Assembly: GCA_001643675.2 (NCBI GenBank)
Contig: LSRY02000036.1
Location: forward strand, 434,001-498,000
Length of the DNA: 64,000 nt
Reading direction: 5' to 3'
Source: Monocercomonoides exilis PA203
Taxonomy: Eukaryota; Protista; Preaxostyla
Each line of letters starts with the position of its first letter. Positions within the stretch are counted from its first letter, which is position 1. This document shows, piece after piece, positions 36,527 to 51,042 of this stretch. A program made the position numbers and the translations under genes. The notes under the pieces were generated by a model, which worked only from the letters and a program-made list of their open reading frames with translations, made no database searches and was not told the DNA's origin.

Positions 36527-36940
36527 TAATAATAATAATAATAAAATCATTGTAGTGACAGATTTAACGTTTGAAAATAAAAAAGATTTTTTTTATCAGT
36601 TCATCTTTTCGAAGATATCATTATTCAGTTTTTTCTGAATGAAAATCACCAAAGATGATCCTTAAGTTCAATTTCTATAAACAAAATTTCATCAAAAATT
36701 CACAAATTATAATTAAACAATGTCAATGTTCAAATTATCAAATCTCTTTAAAAAACGATTTTTTTCAGATAAACGATAATTCACTCACTTTTCTTCTTTT
36801 TTCAATAAAAATTGTTTCGAACACAAGTTTTTTTTGAAAAAAAAACGTGCAATCAGAAGATATCAAAATATGTCACTTTAACCTCGTGATTATGAAAAAA
36901 ATAAATTAATTAGAGAATTAAAAATTTTTTAACATGTTAA

Positions 36941-37399
36941 CTATTCCCCATTCTTAGCTATATGTGGTAATCCAAAACCAGATAGAGAAGAAAGAAATGA
37001 AGTGATCTCTTTCTCAAAGCGAGCTTTTTCTTGCATTAATCGTTCATTTAATTTATTTTGTTCGAACTTTTTTGCATCAACTTCATTTTGAATTTCGTTA
37101 AATTGATCTTCAATTTCTCTGAATCGAAAAAAGTTGTTAAATAAAAAACTCAAGGAAAGACAAAACTGTATGGATTCACTTGCTTCTGTAAGTAAATCTT
37201 GAATTCTTATTGCAAGTTCTATTGAATACAAATCAATGCACAGTTTGATTTTTGAAAAGATCACAAAATTATAATTTCAAAATGAACACGCTATTCAACC
37301 TTTAAAAAGTTCTACAGGGGAAGTAACAGATGCAAAAATATTAACAGTATTCGATACGTCTGACTTTTCTGACGATGCAGCTTCTTCAGGACTTAACAT
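36941..37399 (-). CDS. Small (~110 aa) coiled-coil hypothetical protein, probably 3 exons
   Basis: MLSPEEAASSEKSDVSNTVNIFASVTSPVELFK | ELAIRIQDLLTEASESIQ | EIEDQFNEIQNEVDAKKFEQNKLNERLMQEKARFEKEI..., with GT..AG-bounded AT-rich gaps. Confidence 0.5.
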
Positions 37400-37771
37400 C
37401 TTGCTTATTCATTTTCCGGACATTCATCTTGGAAAGCGGGAGGGATCATCATTTACTGTATTCATGAACACTTTTGACGAAAGATGCTTCAGAACAATAT
37501 TTTTTAAAATTATTTTGCTTTTGTCACATTCATCAAAGAAGATGTTTTGACTCGATGGAATTTACCCATATTAAATTTTTGAACGAGTTTTTAAAAGTTA
37601 TTCAGTGAAAATCATCTTATTAAAAATCGAATACTTTTAAAAATCATACGAAGGTTCATTTATAAAATTTCTTTCAATTTTTTTTATATTATAGAATTTT
37701 TCAAAATCTGTTAATCATTTGAAAATTGATTTCTATGCTTTATCTGAAATATTTTTACAGAAATTCACAGG

Positions 37772-40700
37772 ATGTTGATTGGACATTGCTTTATATTACT
37801 GATTGGGCTGTTTTTCAATTGTTATGCGAGTCATTCTCCAATTGGTTTGTCCCATTTCCAAACAAATGAAATTCAATTCTTTTCATATTTTGCTTTATTT
37901 TGTACAGATATCTTTTCTTTATATACTGTTGGAGTCAATGATATTTCTACGTCTATATTTTACAATGTGGAGAAAAACAAACAATATTTTATCGATAAAT
38001 CTTTTCTGCATGTTCCTGCATTGATTTCAACGAGAAGCGCAGTTTTAAGAAGTCTAACAGTTCATTCCGAATATACAAATACTCGATTTTATGACAATAA
38101 AATTGGAAATAGTTTGTTTTTCTTTTAGTTCGAGAAAAATTGTAAAAAATAATTTACATTTTCATTTTGCAAAGAAAAATTAATTTTTGATTATGCAAAT
38201 TCACTAAATAAAATAACTAATGTTTCATCTTTGCAAGCTGAAAAAGGATATGAACCAGAACGTTTTTACCAGACGTTTTTATCAAATAAATATGAAGAAG
38301 AAAGTTCGAAATTCTCTGAATTTAGCGATTTCTGCGCGACGACTCAGCGATTGTTCAATATAGAAATAGCAAATGTTATAAAAAAGATTCAATATTTTAA
38401 ACCAACAACTCAACTTCTTCAAAGAAAAATGCTTATCTCTCGATTTAATAAACTTTTTAATGAGCGAAAGATAAATTTACAAAGTTGTTTGAATGAATAC
38501 GATTTTCAAAGAGAATCACTTTATCTGCAAATGGATGAAGTTTTAAATCATAGTGCTTCATTTCCCATTGTGTGCAACAGTTTCTAATTTTTTTAAAGTT
38601 CATCATTAATTTTTTTAAAGGGAGAAAATGGGCTTAATTCACAAGAAAAGGCTACATATCTGACGCAAAGAAATGTTCTAGTTAGTGAAATTCATAACCT
38701 TCAAAGGGAATGCAAAATAGGCTCTGATATAATTACGGATAATGTGATAAACAGAAACCAACGAAAACAATGCAGATCCATATTACCAAAAATTGAGAAA
38801 GAATTCAGCAAATGGGTTGAAGAGGCTGTTCTGCTGTTGAAAAAGAATTCTCCGTCTTTGAGTGCATCATCTTCTTTGATGAACGATGGTAGAATGACCA
38901 CAGCAATAATTAGCGACATGCTTGCAGTTCTATCTGTTATTTGTGAGACACTCAAAATTGCTCAGTCAAGCTTTGTTCTCGATGACTATCACAGACTCAG
39001 TTTTATGGACGAGTATGTTCTCAATGAACCAGAATTAACTTTTACTCGCAATTCATTGTCGACTCATCGGCCAAACGAGACGATTGTTTCGCTTAGCAAC
39101 AAGGAACTTTTTTTGGGCTTGTCAGCTGCAAACGAAAGCTTTACACGCTTATTCAATGCGGCAGCCAATCATTTTAATACACTGCAGGATTCTGATACTA
39201 ACGATGGAGAGAAAGAAATAATCCAAAAAGAACTGGAAAATCAGAATGAAGAAGAAGAAGAGGAGGAAGAAGGAGAAGAAGAAGAAGGCGTTCTTTTGAA
39301 CGGATGGATGGTTGAATCCAAAGTTACGTCTGTTTTTGATGTTGCTGTGCGATATGTTCGCTTTATAGGAACAAAATTACGTGAAACAGCTGAAGAGAGA
39401 ATGAATGCTTTCAAAATAGACAGAAATAGCATTGCAAATTTGCATCACAAGAATTCACTCACTAAATCAAAGAACGAAGAACCATCAGTTCATTCTCAAG
39501 TTCAGTCTCACTTTTTGCATCCGTTTTGGAGTTGTGTTCGCGACAGCCTGAATTCGATGCAGAATTTCCTTGCTTCACACGATCCAGCGCAGCCACTCAG
39601 CGTCTCGTCAGCCACAGCATTCCTCCACCCGTCGTCCTGCTTGTCGCACTTCAGAGACATACCCCAGTTCGACTTGGATTCTGCCTTCCCGCTTCTTGAC
39701 ACATCTCTTGAGTCATCGTTCTCTCAGAATGACAGACAGAACTTGCTTGAAGAAGAAAGCCTGGACACATTCACGATCCCTGGAACGACTGTTGCTGTGG
39801 ACAAGATAACTCCAAAGGCAGCAAATCAGTCATTTCTGTTGAACACACAGGCAAACTATTCTCTGATATCGCCTGCAGGAGCCATACGCCTCTCAAGGGA
39901 AAAGAAGCAGAGGAATGGGAAAGAGGAAAATTGGGTTGTGCTCAGATTTGGCTCTACGGTTGCATCCAGCAAATGGAAAACCGCGAAAGCAAAGACACTG
40001 AAGCAGATGAGAATTATTGCTGCTTCAAAAAGGTCAAAGGTAATGCTTGCTAATGCTTCGAATACTGAACAAGAGGGAGAAATAGGCAAAAAAGAAGAAG
40101 AGATAGTCAAAAAAGTGTGCATTTCCAGCGAATTTGAGCATCCTGTAACTGCACCCTGCATCCAAAAAGAAGTGGAACCTGTTCTAGTCGGGATTAGCGG
40201 ACGACGCCGTGATGAAGCAGCGCGAAGTGTCGGTGGGTTGAATTACGATGAGGTGATGAAGTGGAAAAAGCGAGTGTCGCTTGAAGAGTACAGAAGGCGG
40301 ACAGCGCTGAGCATCCGGTCGCATCCGCTGGAGTGGACATACAAAACTGGCAGTAATTATAACACAGTGATGGAGAATAATCCGAGATTGTCGCCATTTG
40401 TGAAAGATGAGAAGCAATTCGGAGATAAGAAGATCCACTACATGCCTTGGGGATACCGCAAGGATCCCTTGTCGGCAGAGATGTACATCTGCACAGAGCC
40501 AGCAGAGATGCTTCTGAGGCGGAACAACTGCACATTCTTAGCCTGCCGCGAAGAAGGATTCTGGCTGAACAAAAGACAAGGGCACCAATGTGAAGAGATG
40601 GTGGGTGAGTATGTTCCAGTGGGATCAAACATTAAACAGCCGTGCAATCCAATCACAAATGACATGGTGTTCATACCAGGAAGACAGTCAGAACCAGACA

Positions 40701-43700
40701 ACTGTGCGGTTCAGTGCATCAACAGGGAGCAGTATCTGAACGAGCGCAGAGAGTGTGTGGATGTGGAAAGAGGGTACCACTTCTCTCGTGGTGAAGGGCC
40801 GTTCCCTGTTTTGTGTGCGCGGAATGTCAGCGGACTGCTTCTGCGCGGAACAGAAAGATGCGGATCGAAAGATGTTCCAGTCAAAATGGATGTGTTGTTC
40901 CAGATGGTCGCAGAAGTCGGCGATGTGCAGCTGAGTGTCAATGAATGGGAAGAGCAGAAGAATGCTGCAATGAACGAAGCGCACATCGAAGAAGACTGGC
41001 CGATGCTGCTTTCACACAGCGGAGGGAGAGGCGGTGCGTGGATCGTTCTACCAAAAGACAATTCATCCATTCGAAGCGAGGGAAATGCAACCATTTTTGG
41101 TGTTTTCCCGACTTGGGCTCTGGCTGTTGAGTGGAAGTGGGTTGAAGGAGCAGTCGATGATGATTCTGTGCTTCCCGATCATTTCAACGTTGCTGTTCGC
41201 TTTTTGTCGCACATCCACTACGTGAACATCACAACACCGTTTGTGTTTGCTCTTCCTTCCACGTCTGTCCATTGCTCGTTCGATGTCTCCCCAATCAACT
41301 CGACACACCACAGAATCCTTCTCTTCATCAACGGCACTCTTCTGCGCACAGCCATTGCACTAAACGGTGCAAATGCACAAAGCAGAGGCAGAAGCGTGTT
41401 CAACAGAACTGCAAAGAATGATGCAACGCTGTTTGTTGGAGGGCTCCTGCAACAAACAGAACAGTTTCCAGATGAATGGATTGGCCCGCTGCAGTTTGGT
41501 GTAAGCGGAATCAAGATTTTCGGTGTGGGAGATGGAGGGAGGCCAACATATGAGAAATTTGAAGGAGAAGGAGAAGGAGAAGGGAGCGAAAGAAGTGAAA
41601 GCAGTGTGATTATTGCAGACGATTCTGAAGAGAACTTGAATATTGGTGAAGGAGAAGGAGATCAAGTGAGCAATGTGGATGATTGGATAACAAAGACTTG
41701 GAAGAAGATATACCATCGATATGAACTTCGATGGAAGCAGGTTGAAGAATTCTATGAAAATATCGACAAATACAGAAGAATGGCTAAAAATGGGAACAAA
41801 CAAAACGAGGAGAAGCAAACAAGCAATGTGAAAAAGAAGTCATGGTTTTCTGTATTCAAATTTAAGAAGCATGTTGGACAATCGAAACACAAAGCAAACA
41901 GTTTGACAGAGAAAAAGAATTACGTTCAAAAACTGAAGCACTTTTTGAATGTACAGAAACAGATCGGGAAATATAAAGAAGAAAAGAAGCAAACAACTCA
42001 AAAATTAGAAAGTCAGCTAATGCTGCAAACAAATATCAATATGAGAAATAATGCAGAGCAAGAACCAGAGAGCTATGAGCGTTTTGAAGCCCAATTTTTG
42101 GATGTGCAAAAGATCAAGAATTCGAACATCGTCAACAAAAATCCCACTTCTCGTCGTTTGTTTGAATCGTATTTGTGCCCACCAGGAATGCCCTTGCGAC
42201 CTCTTTCCTCTTCCTCCTCCTCCTCCTCTTCCTCCTCCTCTTCTTCTTCCGCCAACAGCAACTTGACTGAAAAAGCCACTTCAACCAATTCAGTTTCCAC
42301 TCACATTTGCAGCTGCCCTCCAAATAGCGAATATGTCTCCTATCTTTCCAGATGCCTTCCGTGCTGCCCTTCTTTCTCTGTCCGTGGGCTTGATGGCGTG
42401 TGCATTGTGCCTCCAAACAATTATCTTGGGTGGAAAGGAAGATACATCACTCTGCTTGCTTTTGGCGAACACCCATTAAATGCTTCAACGTCTGCTACTG
42501 AAACAGCTTCTGGAAAGCTTTTCTATTCTTCTCTGGTTCCTTTTATTGCTGGGCTTCATCCGCTCGACAAAAACGGAGACGTTATTCCTGCGACTGCAGC
42601 AACAGAAGGTGTGGAAGATGAAGATTCATATAAGCGCGCTGCAATTTCTGATCGATTTAGAAATTGCTCTGTTTTGCCAGAATTATCAGCAAATGCGAAA
42701 AGAATAACAACTGAATATATTTCTTATTTGGATGAGAATGCCAATTCTATTCAATTGTATCAAAGCTCTTCTCTTCGAAGATTAAGAGTCACTTTGGACT
42801 TGGGTGCTGAAAGGGAAATATCTCAGATTTCTTTTGCAGCCTCACCGCTTCCACGTGCGATATCTCATTTTCTGCTGTTTGTATCAAACGAACCAACTCC
42901 ACATGGAGATTGGACGCCAAGGGACCCAGACTCATTTGTGGGCGCATTGACTGCACTTCCTTCGCTTTCGTCAAAACTCGAATGGCACACTCTTCACTCA
43001 CGCCGTGCTGCGTCTGAACTTTACAAAAAAACTCGATTGGCAGTGGCGAATGATAAGCCTTTCTTCGATTATTTCTCAGAGACATTCACAAACACACAGA
43101 GAGCAAACAGACAAGTTCCTATTGCATCGCAAGCGATTGCACGAATTCCGGAGTTGTTTGTGAGACAATCATCAAATATAGCAAGCAAAACTGTTTCAGA
43201 GTATTTCACTCCATTTAATGTCAAATACTCACTTCTGAAATGCAATCTACATCCAGACATTTCTGACGAGGATGCTCAATACATTGACTCAAATGAGAAC
43301 AAGCGATCTATATTTTCGTCTGCTTTTTCTGTTGCAGACTGCATTTGCCCGTCTGGTTTTATCAGCAACGAGCGCATTTTGGATGTGCAGCTGGGAATGT
43401 CGTACAAGAACTCTGTTGCCACAACTTATCCTCTGACTGCTGCAGGTGACGTGTGCATTCCATTTCTTAAGTCACTTCCAAAACCGAATGTGTTTTCATT
43501 AAGTTCCAATGAAAAATGCCAGATGAAAGTGAAGGCTCAAAACACGATTGTGGAATCGTTTCTTGAAGGAGATACGAGAAAGGAAATTGAGGAGATATTG
43601 GAAAAGAGGGAAAAAGAAGATGCAGAAGAAGAAGATGCAGAACAGAGCAAATCTTCAAGCAATCAACATCTGATCAATGAAAATTCAACCACTTACTCTG

Positions 43701-46700
43701 AATCAGCTGAGAACGAGATTGATGTTGTTGATTTGGACAGATTTGTTGATTCAACACAACTTTGTGTTCTTCCTTCAGACGGAGAGGATATCGAAGATGC
43801 GAAAATACGAAGAATATACAAAAAGCTCATTCCTTTCCTGAAAATATCGTTTGATTATTTTTTTTTCTTTAATAAAAGAAATTATTATTGCATTGATTTT
43901 GACATAATATTTCTTTTCATTTTTGTTAATTTATTTATTTATTTATTGTAGAATGAGCAAGTCATCTGTCAATACATATGATAATCCTCATCTTGTGCAT
44001 TTGCCAATGCTCTGGGATTCACATTTGGAGAATGGAACCAGCAGATCGAATGATTTATCACAAGATCAAGAATTTTCCAGTGAATTTTCTGAGGTCGAAA
44101 ATGCAAACGCTGAAATAAATGGATATTTTGACGTTGATGGTGCTGCTGTTCCACAAAACAGTTGGGACAGCTCGTTGTCGGTTGGAGTTGGAGTGTCATT
44201 CCAGAATCAGCAAAGCAAGCCACTTGCAGCACACTTGACAGGAAATTCACAGCTATCGCAATGTTCCATCTGGGTCGAGGAAGCTGAACTTGTTAAAGAC
44301 GCTGAAAACTCAACGACAAAGCAGAAAGCAGCTTTGAGAAGCAAACGTGCCAATGGCGAGGCACAGTGCGAACGAGTGTTTGGCAACCAAGTGAAAATTG
44401 TTGTTGATTGCCCTCTTCTCAATGATCTTTCGACGTTACATTACTCATTTGAACCTACACCAAGCGAAAAACAAGCATCGAAGAACTCTGCAAAGAACAG
44501 CTTTTCTTCATCGTTTTTTTCAAACAACGGAAAAGAATATGAGACTGAAAATAAAATAGAACGATTTAGAAATGAAAAATTGATTAACAGCTCCAATCAA
44601 GAAGTTGCAGTTTCAAAAAGGAAATCAGCACATCGCCAACACTCTTTTCATCAGTCAAATTCTGATTCATACGAAGAGTCACCAATTGTTTACGATTCTT
44701 GGCTTTCTTATGGAGTGAAAGATGAAGTTGTATCTGTAAGTCATTTGACTTCTTCATCATCAGCATCATCGTCTGAATATTCACAAGACGACGCATCAAG
44801 CGAACTGGAATGGGAAGATTTGGATGATTCTTCTGATATTAACGGTGTATTTGTGCCAGCTACCATTTATAATGGCGTTCCTCATTTGATAACCACTCGA
44901 AGGAAAGGAGACAGAAAGCAAATTGTTTTTACTGTTCGGAATTCTGTAAAGTTGACTGTATCACATCAGCAGCAGCCTTATTATCGATCTTTGTGGCAGC
45001 GATTCTGTGTTGAGCTAAATGGAAGAATTCATCCATTTTCTCTGGTTGCTTTTCAACCAGTGTTTGCCAATGACACACAAACTGTGACTGCAGATGAAAG
45101 CGAAGAGAATGGCGTTTCATTGAATTCATTGCTTTTGCAAATAAACAAGACCAAATCAACCGAATCTGGTAGATGGGAAACCAATGCAACAGAAACGAGA
45201 TACGGCCTCCCTGTTTTAAGTGGCGCTACAGATTTTGCTGTGTTTGTTGCAGATGACCCAAGAATTGCAGCGTGGAACAGGAGAAGCCACTTGGTTAGCA
45301 CTTCATCTTCCGACATTCATCTTGCATCAAACATCGAGCTGGAAGTGATAATATACAGATGGCAAGTGGGCGATGCCTTCTTTTCGATTAGAAATGAATC
45401 TGTTGCTGTGATAAAAGAAGAAGACAATATTGATTCTCAGAAAGTTAATGGCGAGAAAGCGAAATCCCTTATTGAAGAATCAACTTCTGTTGATAGAATT
45501 GAGCTTCCACAAGTTCAGCTACCAAAAGGATGGACATGGCCAAGGAACTTAGATGAATATCACAAAATGCTAACACAACTTCAAAGAGAAAACGATAATT
45601 CTGAAGTGAATTATGATCTTCTTTCCATTTTTATACCGAAAATGCCTCTGTCGATTATTGTGAACCGATCTGTCTCAATCAGCTTCCCGTATGTAGGAGT
45701 TGAGCACAACATAGAGGGAACATTTCTAGTTGCTGTCAGATCCAGAATTGCAGCAAAGGAAGACAATGCTCGGGAAATGAGAAATGAAAATGAGGATTCA
45801 AGTGATGGAGGAAGCGAGTGGACGGAATTTGAAGCATTTGCGTTTTCCCGTTTTGGGAACGCAACACATTCGAAGCCAAGTATTATTTTTGATCTGGACA
45901 TGCAAAGCAATTCGAGGTCAGATTCAAACAGTTCGATCACAAAAGTTGGAAACGATGAGGATTCATCTCTTCCTGCACAAAATGAAGATGGATGGGCAAT
46001 TGTGCTGCCTCCCGAAAGTGATCAAGATGAGGACTCAAAATCTAATTCAGCAACAGAAAACAAAGAATCCTGCCAATTCCTCTACACTTTATCTGATGAT
46101 CAAACTCCTGTGTATCATCCACCCTCTCTGTTACTTGATGGAATTCCTAATGATGAGTCATCTTCACTGAGCTGGTCTGAGAACTCAATCATTCTCCCTT
46201 CTTGTTTGGGGGAAGGACGCAATTGCACCAGCGACTGTCCTTGCTTGTACAAATCGCCAATTCCAGTGAAACGAGGAGACGTTGTCAGAGTGATTGCCTT
46301 CAATGCGAGCCATCGCCCTTCGTCTCCTGCAGAATTCCGCTTTGACGGAAGGAAAACTTACATCTGGCAGGATGCTTTGGAGTGGACTCACTTTTCAGAA
46401 ATGATAATGGGATCATTCATCACGTTTTTCTGCTTCGGAGCTGTTGTTTTGTTTGCAGTAATGTTTTGCTGCTTCATGGAAAGGAGGAAAGGGATGTCTG
46501 GTGAGTGTGTGCTTTGTGGAGCCGAAAGGAAAGCAGTTGTTGTTCCGTGGAAAGTTGTGTTTCGCTGGGAAAGGATGGATGAAGTTCACAAAGAATTTCT
46601 TGACGCACAAAAAAAGCCAACGAACATGACAAGCAGATTTGGAGAAGATCACCTGAAATTGAAAACTTATTTCGGTAAAAGCATTCGCGGATGGATGCGG

Positions 46701-48452
46701 TGGTTGGAGCTGAAAAGCGCAAAACACGAAAACGATTTATCTAAAAAGGAAGATAATCGAACGAAAACAAATGAAAACATAAACAATACGAAAATTGCTG
46801 AAAATATTGAAGATATCCTCGAATGCAGAGGGATTCCTGAAGAAGTGCAAAATGAAGGAGAATCTACATTTCAGTGTCTTTCAGAAGGAACAACGATGGA
46901 AATAACGAACGAATGTTCAAACAATGATCAAAGCACAAAAGAAAATGAACAAAGCGATCAAGCAGAGAAAGAAAACGCTGAATCAGATGATAATAAAAAC
47001 GATAATTTATCCCCCATTGGAACATCTGATCAAAAAGAATCTAATAATACGACAGTCGAAAGCAGTCAACCTGTTAAAAATATATATCAGAACAACAAAA
47101 TGTATAATGCCCGTCTGAATTCTGAAATTCTTTCAAGTGACAATCGGAAGCGTAATGTTTGGGGATTACTTCTTTATTTGGCAGAAAAGATCGGAGTTGG
47201 CAATGTTGTGTGCTGCCGGTCGTGTGCAGAGGAATTGTGGCACGACGACAATCACATGATATCTGCTCCTATTGTTCTTACAACTCAATTGAAGATTATT
47301 CAAAGTGAGGATAACGTAAGTAATTCAGAAGCATCAAATATGCAAAAGGAATCCAGTCTCAATAAATCATGCAATGCGAAACATTTAAACCCCAATTTTC
47401 TTTTGAGTAAACAGCAAGAGGCACTGAAATGGATGTATATGCTGCACAACTTCCCAATTCTTGAATTCGAAGAACCTCAAACACCTTCTCCAATAACAGA
47501 AGGACTATTTCCCGATCCCACAGAGAATTCATTGGATAATGTTGATGAATCAGTGCTAAGTCCTTTTGAGCAAGAGCTATTGCTAAGAGAAAGGAATAGG
47601 ATTAAAAGAGAAGAACAAAAGGCAGAACTTGACAAGATTTGGAAAGAGAAACATCCACAAAAGAATGATGATGATGATGACGACGATGAAGATGATGACG
47701 ATGATGACTCCAGCAGTTCAACAAGCAGTGATAGCAGTGAATCAGAAAGTAGTGAATCTGATGAAAGTGAAGATGAAAGTGAGGACGAAAGCGAAAAGGA
47801 TATTGAAGAGAAAGAGAAAAAGAATGCACAGAAAAATAAAGAAAAAAACGATTCTCTTTCGAATACCAAAGAACAGAGCAGCTTTAAAAAGTCTGATTCA
47901 AGCTCAAGTTCTGAATCGAGTTCCGAATCAAGCTCTGATTCAAGCTCAAATTCAAGTTCGGAGTCAAGCTCAGAATCAACATCTGAAACCAGTTCTGACT
48001 CCGACAGCGATTCAACAAGTGCTGATGATTCAAGTGAATCAGATGAAGATGAAAGTGAAGAAGAGGGCAGAGACGATGAAGAAACAGAAACTTCCTCATC
48101 TGAATCTGGGCAAGAAGACAAAAAGCAATCTCAAACAAACGAAGATGAAAGTGTAGTCTTGCTACTGGACCCTCAGATTCCTTCAAGCAACAACCAAATA
48201 AACTTACGTTCATCACTTATCGAATCAGTGACGAACCCTGTCGGACCACAAGCATTGACCATCGAGAATCAAAGCAGCTCTATTACAATACCATTTGATT
48301 TGCACGAATCAGCAAATGAAGGAAGCCTCACCAAAGATTTCACAATTGAACTTGAAAATATTGAACAAGAAGAAATTCATAATGAAACTGGAGAGAGTGA
48401 ATCAGAATCTAGCGAAGAGAGCGATAGTAATTCAGATCCTGAAATGTGGTAA
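37772..48452 (+). CDS. Very large (~3500 aa) multi-exon type-I membrane protein with a mosaic ectodomain and acidic/Ser-rich tail
   Basis: Signal-peptide-like MLIGHCFILLIGLFFNCYAS; small 5' exons; ORFs 38744..43951 and 43923..48452 join in frame via intron ~43848-43950 (ATA TC|gtttg...tgtag|A ATG); single TM MIMGSFITFFCFGAVVLFAVMFCCFM near 46400-46480. Confidence 0.78.
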
Positions 48453-48901
48453 AGACGTAAACATGTTTTCATTTCACTGTTTTATTTCTAATTATCAGCA
48501 TTTCATCTTTTTTCCCCCCATTTTTTGAGTAATTATTATTTTTGAAATGTTCCTCTTAATTTATTTTTTCAAATCAGGATAAAATGAAGAAAGCAATGAT
48601 AAGAGGTGAAGCCATTGAAAGTTCTTAAATTTTGTCAATGATTTCTTTGATAATAAAGCGAGATTATATTTCGAACGAGACCAAAATTCAACCCTTCGTC
48701 CTTCAAAAAGAAATATGAGTGAAAGGCAAAAAAGAAAGGAGGAAAGCGATATACTATTCATCTGTATTTATTTTTTCCTCCAATTTCAAAAGCGCAATTT
48801 TCGTGTCGAATAAATCTCGAATGGAATTGATAGATTTCACGAAATGTTCATTTAAATTTCAGAAAAAATCTCCATTTTCAATCAACCATCTATTTTTCGA
48901 T

Positions 48902-50194
48902 TTAAAAATAGACAAAAAAATCATCTAGCTTCTTATGCACACTTTTAAACAAATCGTTGCTAAATGATCGAATAAATCCAAAAATGATGTCTTCAAACCC
49001 TTCTTCTTCATACTTTTCGAAGAGCTCTTTTGCTGTTTTCTTCCTTTTGGTTTCTTGTGCTTGAGTTCTCTTTTTTCCTTTTAAATTCTTTGAAATGGCT
49101 CCAAACAATATCAAACGTCGCTGCATTAACTTGTTTGGTAACGCTAACCTGCAGAAATCCTCCAAAAGGAGATTGACAGCTTCACCTCCCAGAAAATCAG
49201 TAACATCTGAAAATCTTTTATCGATCATTTGTTCGAAGATGTCAATGCAATTTCTGAATATCCCTAAGTAACTTTTTCTCGTCACCCTGCACAGTTTTGC
49301 CAGGCATGAAACTAACTCTTCACAGTTATCTGTATTAATCCATCTCCAATTGAAATATCTGCTTATTGTTGTAAGCCATTTCTTGGTGATGAACACCTCT
49401 TTTGAAAACTTTCTACACTTTTCTTTCTTCTTCCAATGCCCACTTTCCATCAGCTCCTGCAATTCTTTTGTTGCTTCTCCAACAAAATGCAGTTCATTCA
49501 CAATAACACCTTCCAACTCTTCATCTTCGTGAAATCTGTCCATTAAAAACATCCAAGCAGATTGATAAGCTAGCTGGGTCAGGTTGTGGTGTTCGTGATG
49601 ATATTTGATGATTTCTCTTATGTCATTCAAATACATTTCTTTTTTTATTTTCTGTTCAAAAAATTTAAGAAACAAACGATTGCGAGAAAAAGGAAACAGA
49701 AGTGTTCACACATAAAATTTGCTGATGTTGCTCAGTGCCAACAAAGCCATTTCCACTTCTTTTTGAGTCTCCTCGCTTTCATCTTTATTCAGTGCAACTT
49801 TCAGAAGGCAAGGTACACATATTGAAACCAATTCAGAAGAAAATCCGTTGTTTAGCAAAAGATAGCATTCGCAAAGATCAGCCAGTAACTTTTCATTCTT
49901 TTCTTCTTTTTTCTTAAGATCTTCCTCAACAATCATCTTCTCAATTCTTTCACCCAAAGAAGTTCTTTCAAAGCAATCAATCCACATTATATTTTGCAGC
50001 TTGCAAAATCCTACGTGTTTTGCCAGCAAAAGAGCGTTCTCTAAAGATAATTTCTTTTTTTCAATCATTTCGTTAATTTTTTTGAACAATTCTTTTGAAA
50101 GAATATGACGCAGATCCATATCATCCATCTCATCGAGCAAGCTGTTTATCTCATCCAATTTTTGTTTCTGTTCATCTGCAGGACAACAAATCAA
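48902..50194 (-). CDS. Lineage-specific helical family protein (intron 49652-49711); 5' end unresolved
   Basis: CPADEQKQKLDEIN..EEKNEKLLADLCECYLLL..KEVEMALLALSNISKFY|KIKKEMYLNDIREIIKYHHEHHNLTQLAYQSAW..ELFEKYEEEGFED. Confidence 0.85.
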
Positions 50195-51042
50195 TTCTGG
50201 AAATAGATCTCCAAAATGTCAAAAAAGTTAAACGGTCATATTTTTATTCATTTAAAATGTTCATTCAAAAACATTAAAAAATGAGATGCCTGAAAATCTT
50301 TTAACACAAGGCGTAATCTGATGTTCGTTGATAGGTTCAAAATCTTCAAAAGTCCTCTTAATCAATAAATCGATTTTTGAGTTCATAACATTTGAAATAT
50401 AATTCAACATTTCCAAAAAGCAATGAACACACAAACTTTCACATTTATCTTTATCATTATAAGAAGAAGAACGATAAAATAAAAAACTAAATAATTATGG
50501 TTATTCAATGCGAAAAAATGTTATGATATTTTTGTTTACGAAAATGTTTTATTCAAAATGTGTCTGCTGTGGACATTTCATTACAGGTGACAGGTCACTT
50601 TAATAAAGATGAAATATGAAAAACCAAAATCTGATTGAGTTATTGCTATCATTATTCAACTCTTATTATCAAATCAGAAAAAATAGTATTTCCCCCCCAA
50701 ATTTTGACCATGTGACAAAAAGAATAGTGATTGCTGCTGTTTATTAATGAAAATAAAATATTTAAATTGCTTTGAAAATAACCACAATGTTAATTTGGAT
50801 AAAAATAATTATGAATGATCTAATAGCCTTTTCTAGAACTGAAAGGATTATAGAAAAGGATCAACAAAAATAATAAACCTTGAAGCAACGGTGAAGTGAA
50901 GCAAATCAGGCAAATCTTTACAATAGTGATAAAACAATAATTGATATGACTAACTCCTTTTCAGAAAGAGAAACAAAACAAACAAAACAAAAAAATAGAA
51001 ATCAAAAATAATTGAAAAAAACAAAAAAAACTCTCAAAGCCT

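Noticed and set aside
50250-51040. AT-rich intergenic regions (also 35200-36100 and 60200-60750) as possible RNA genes or elements
   Set aside because: No tRNA/rRNA/snRNA signature or terminal repeats recognisable by eye.
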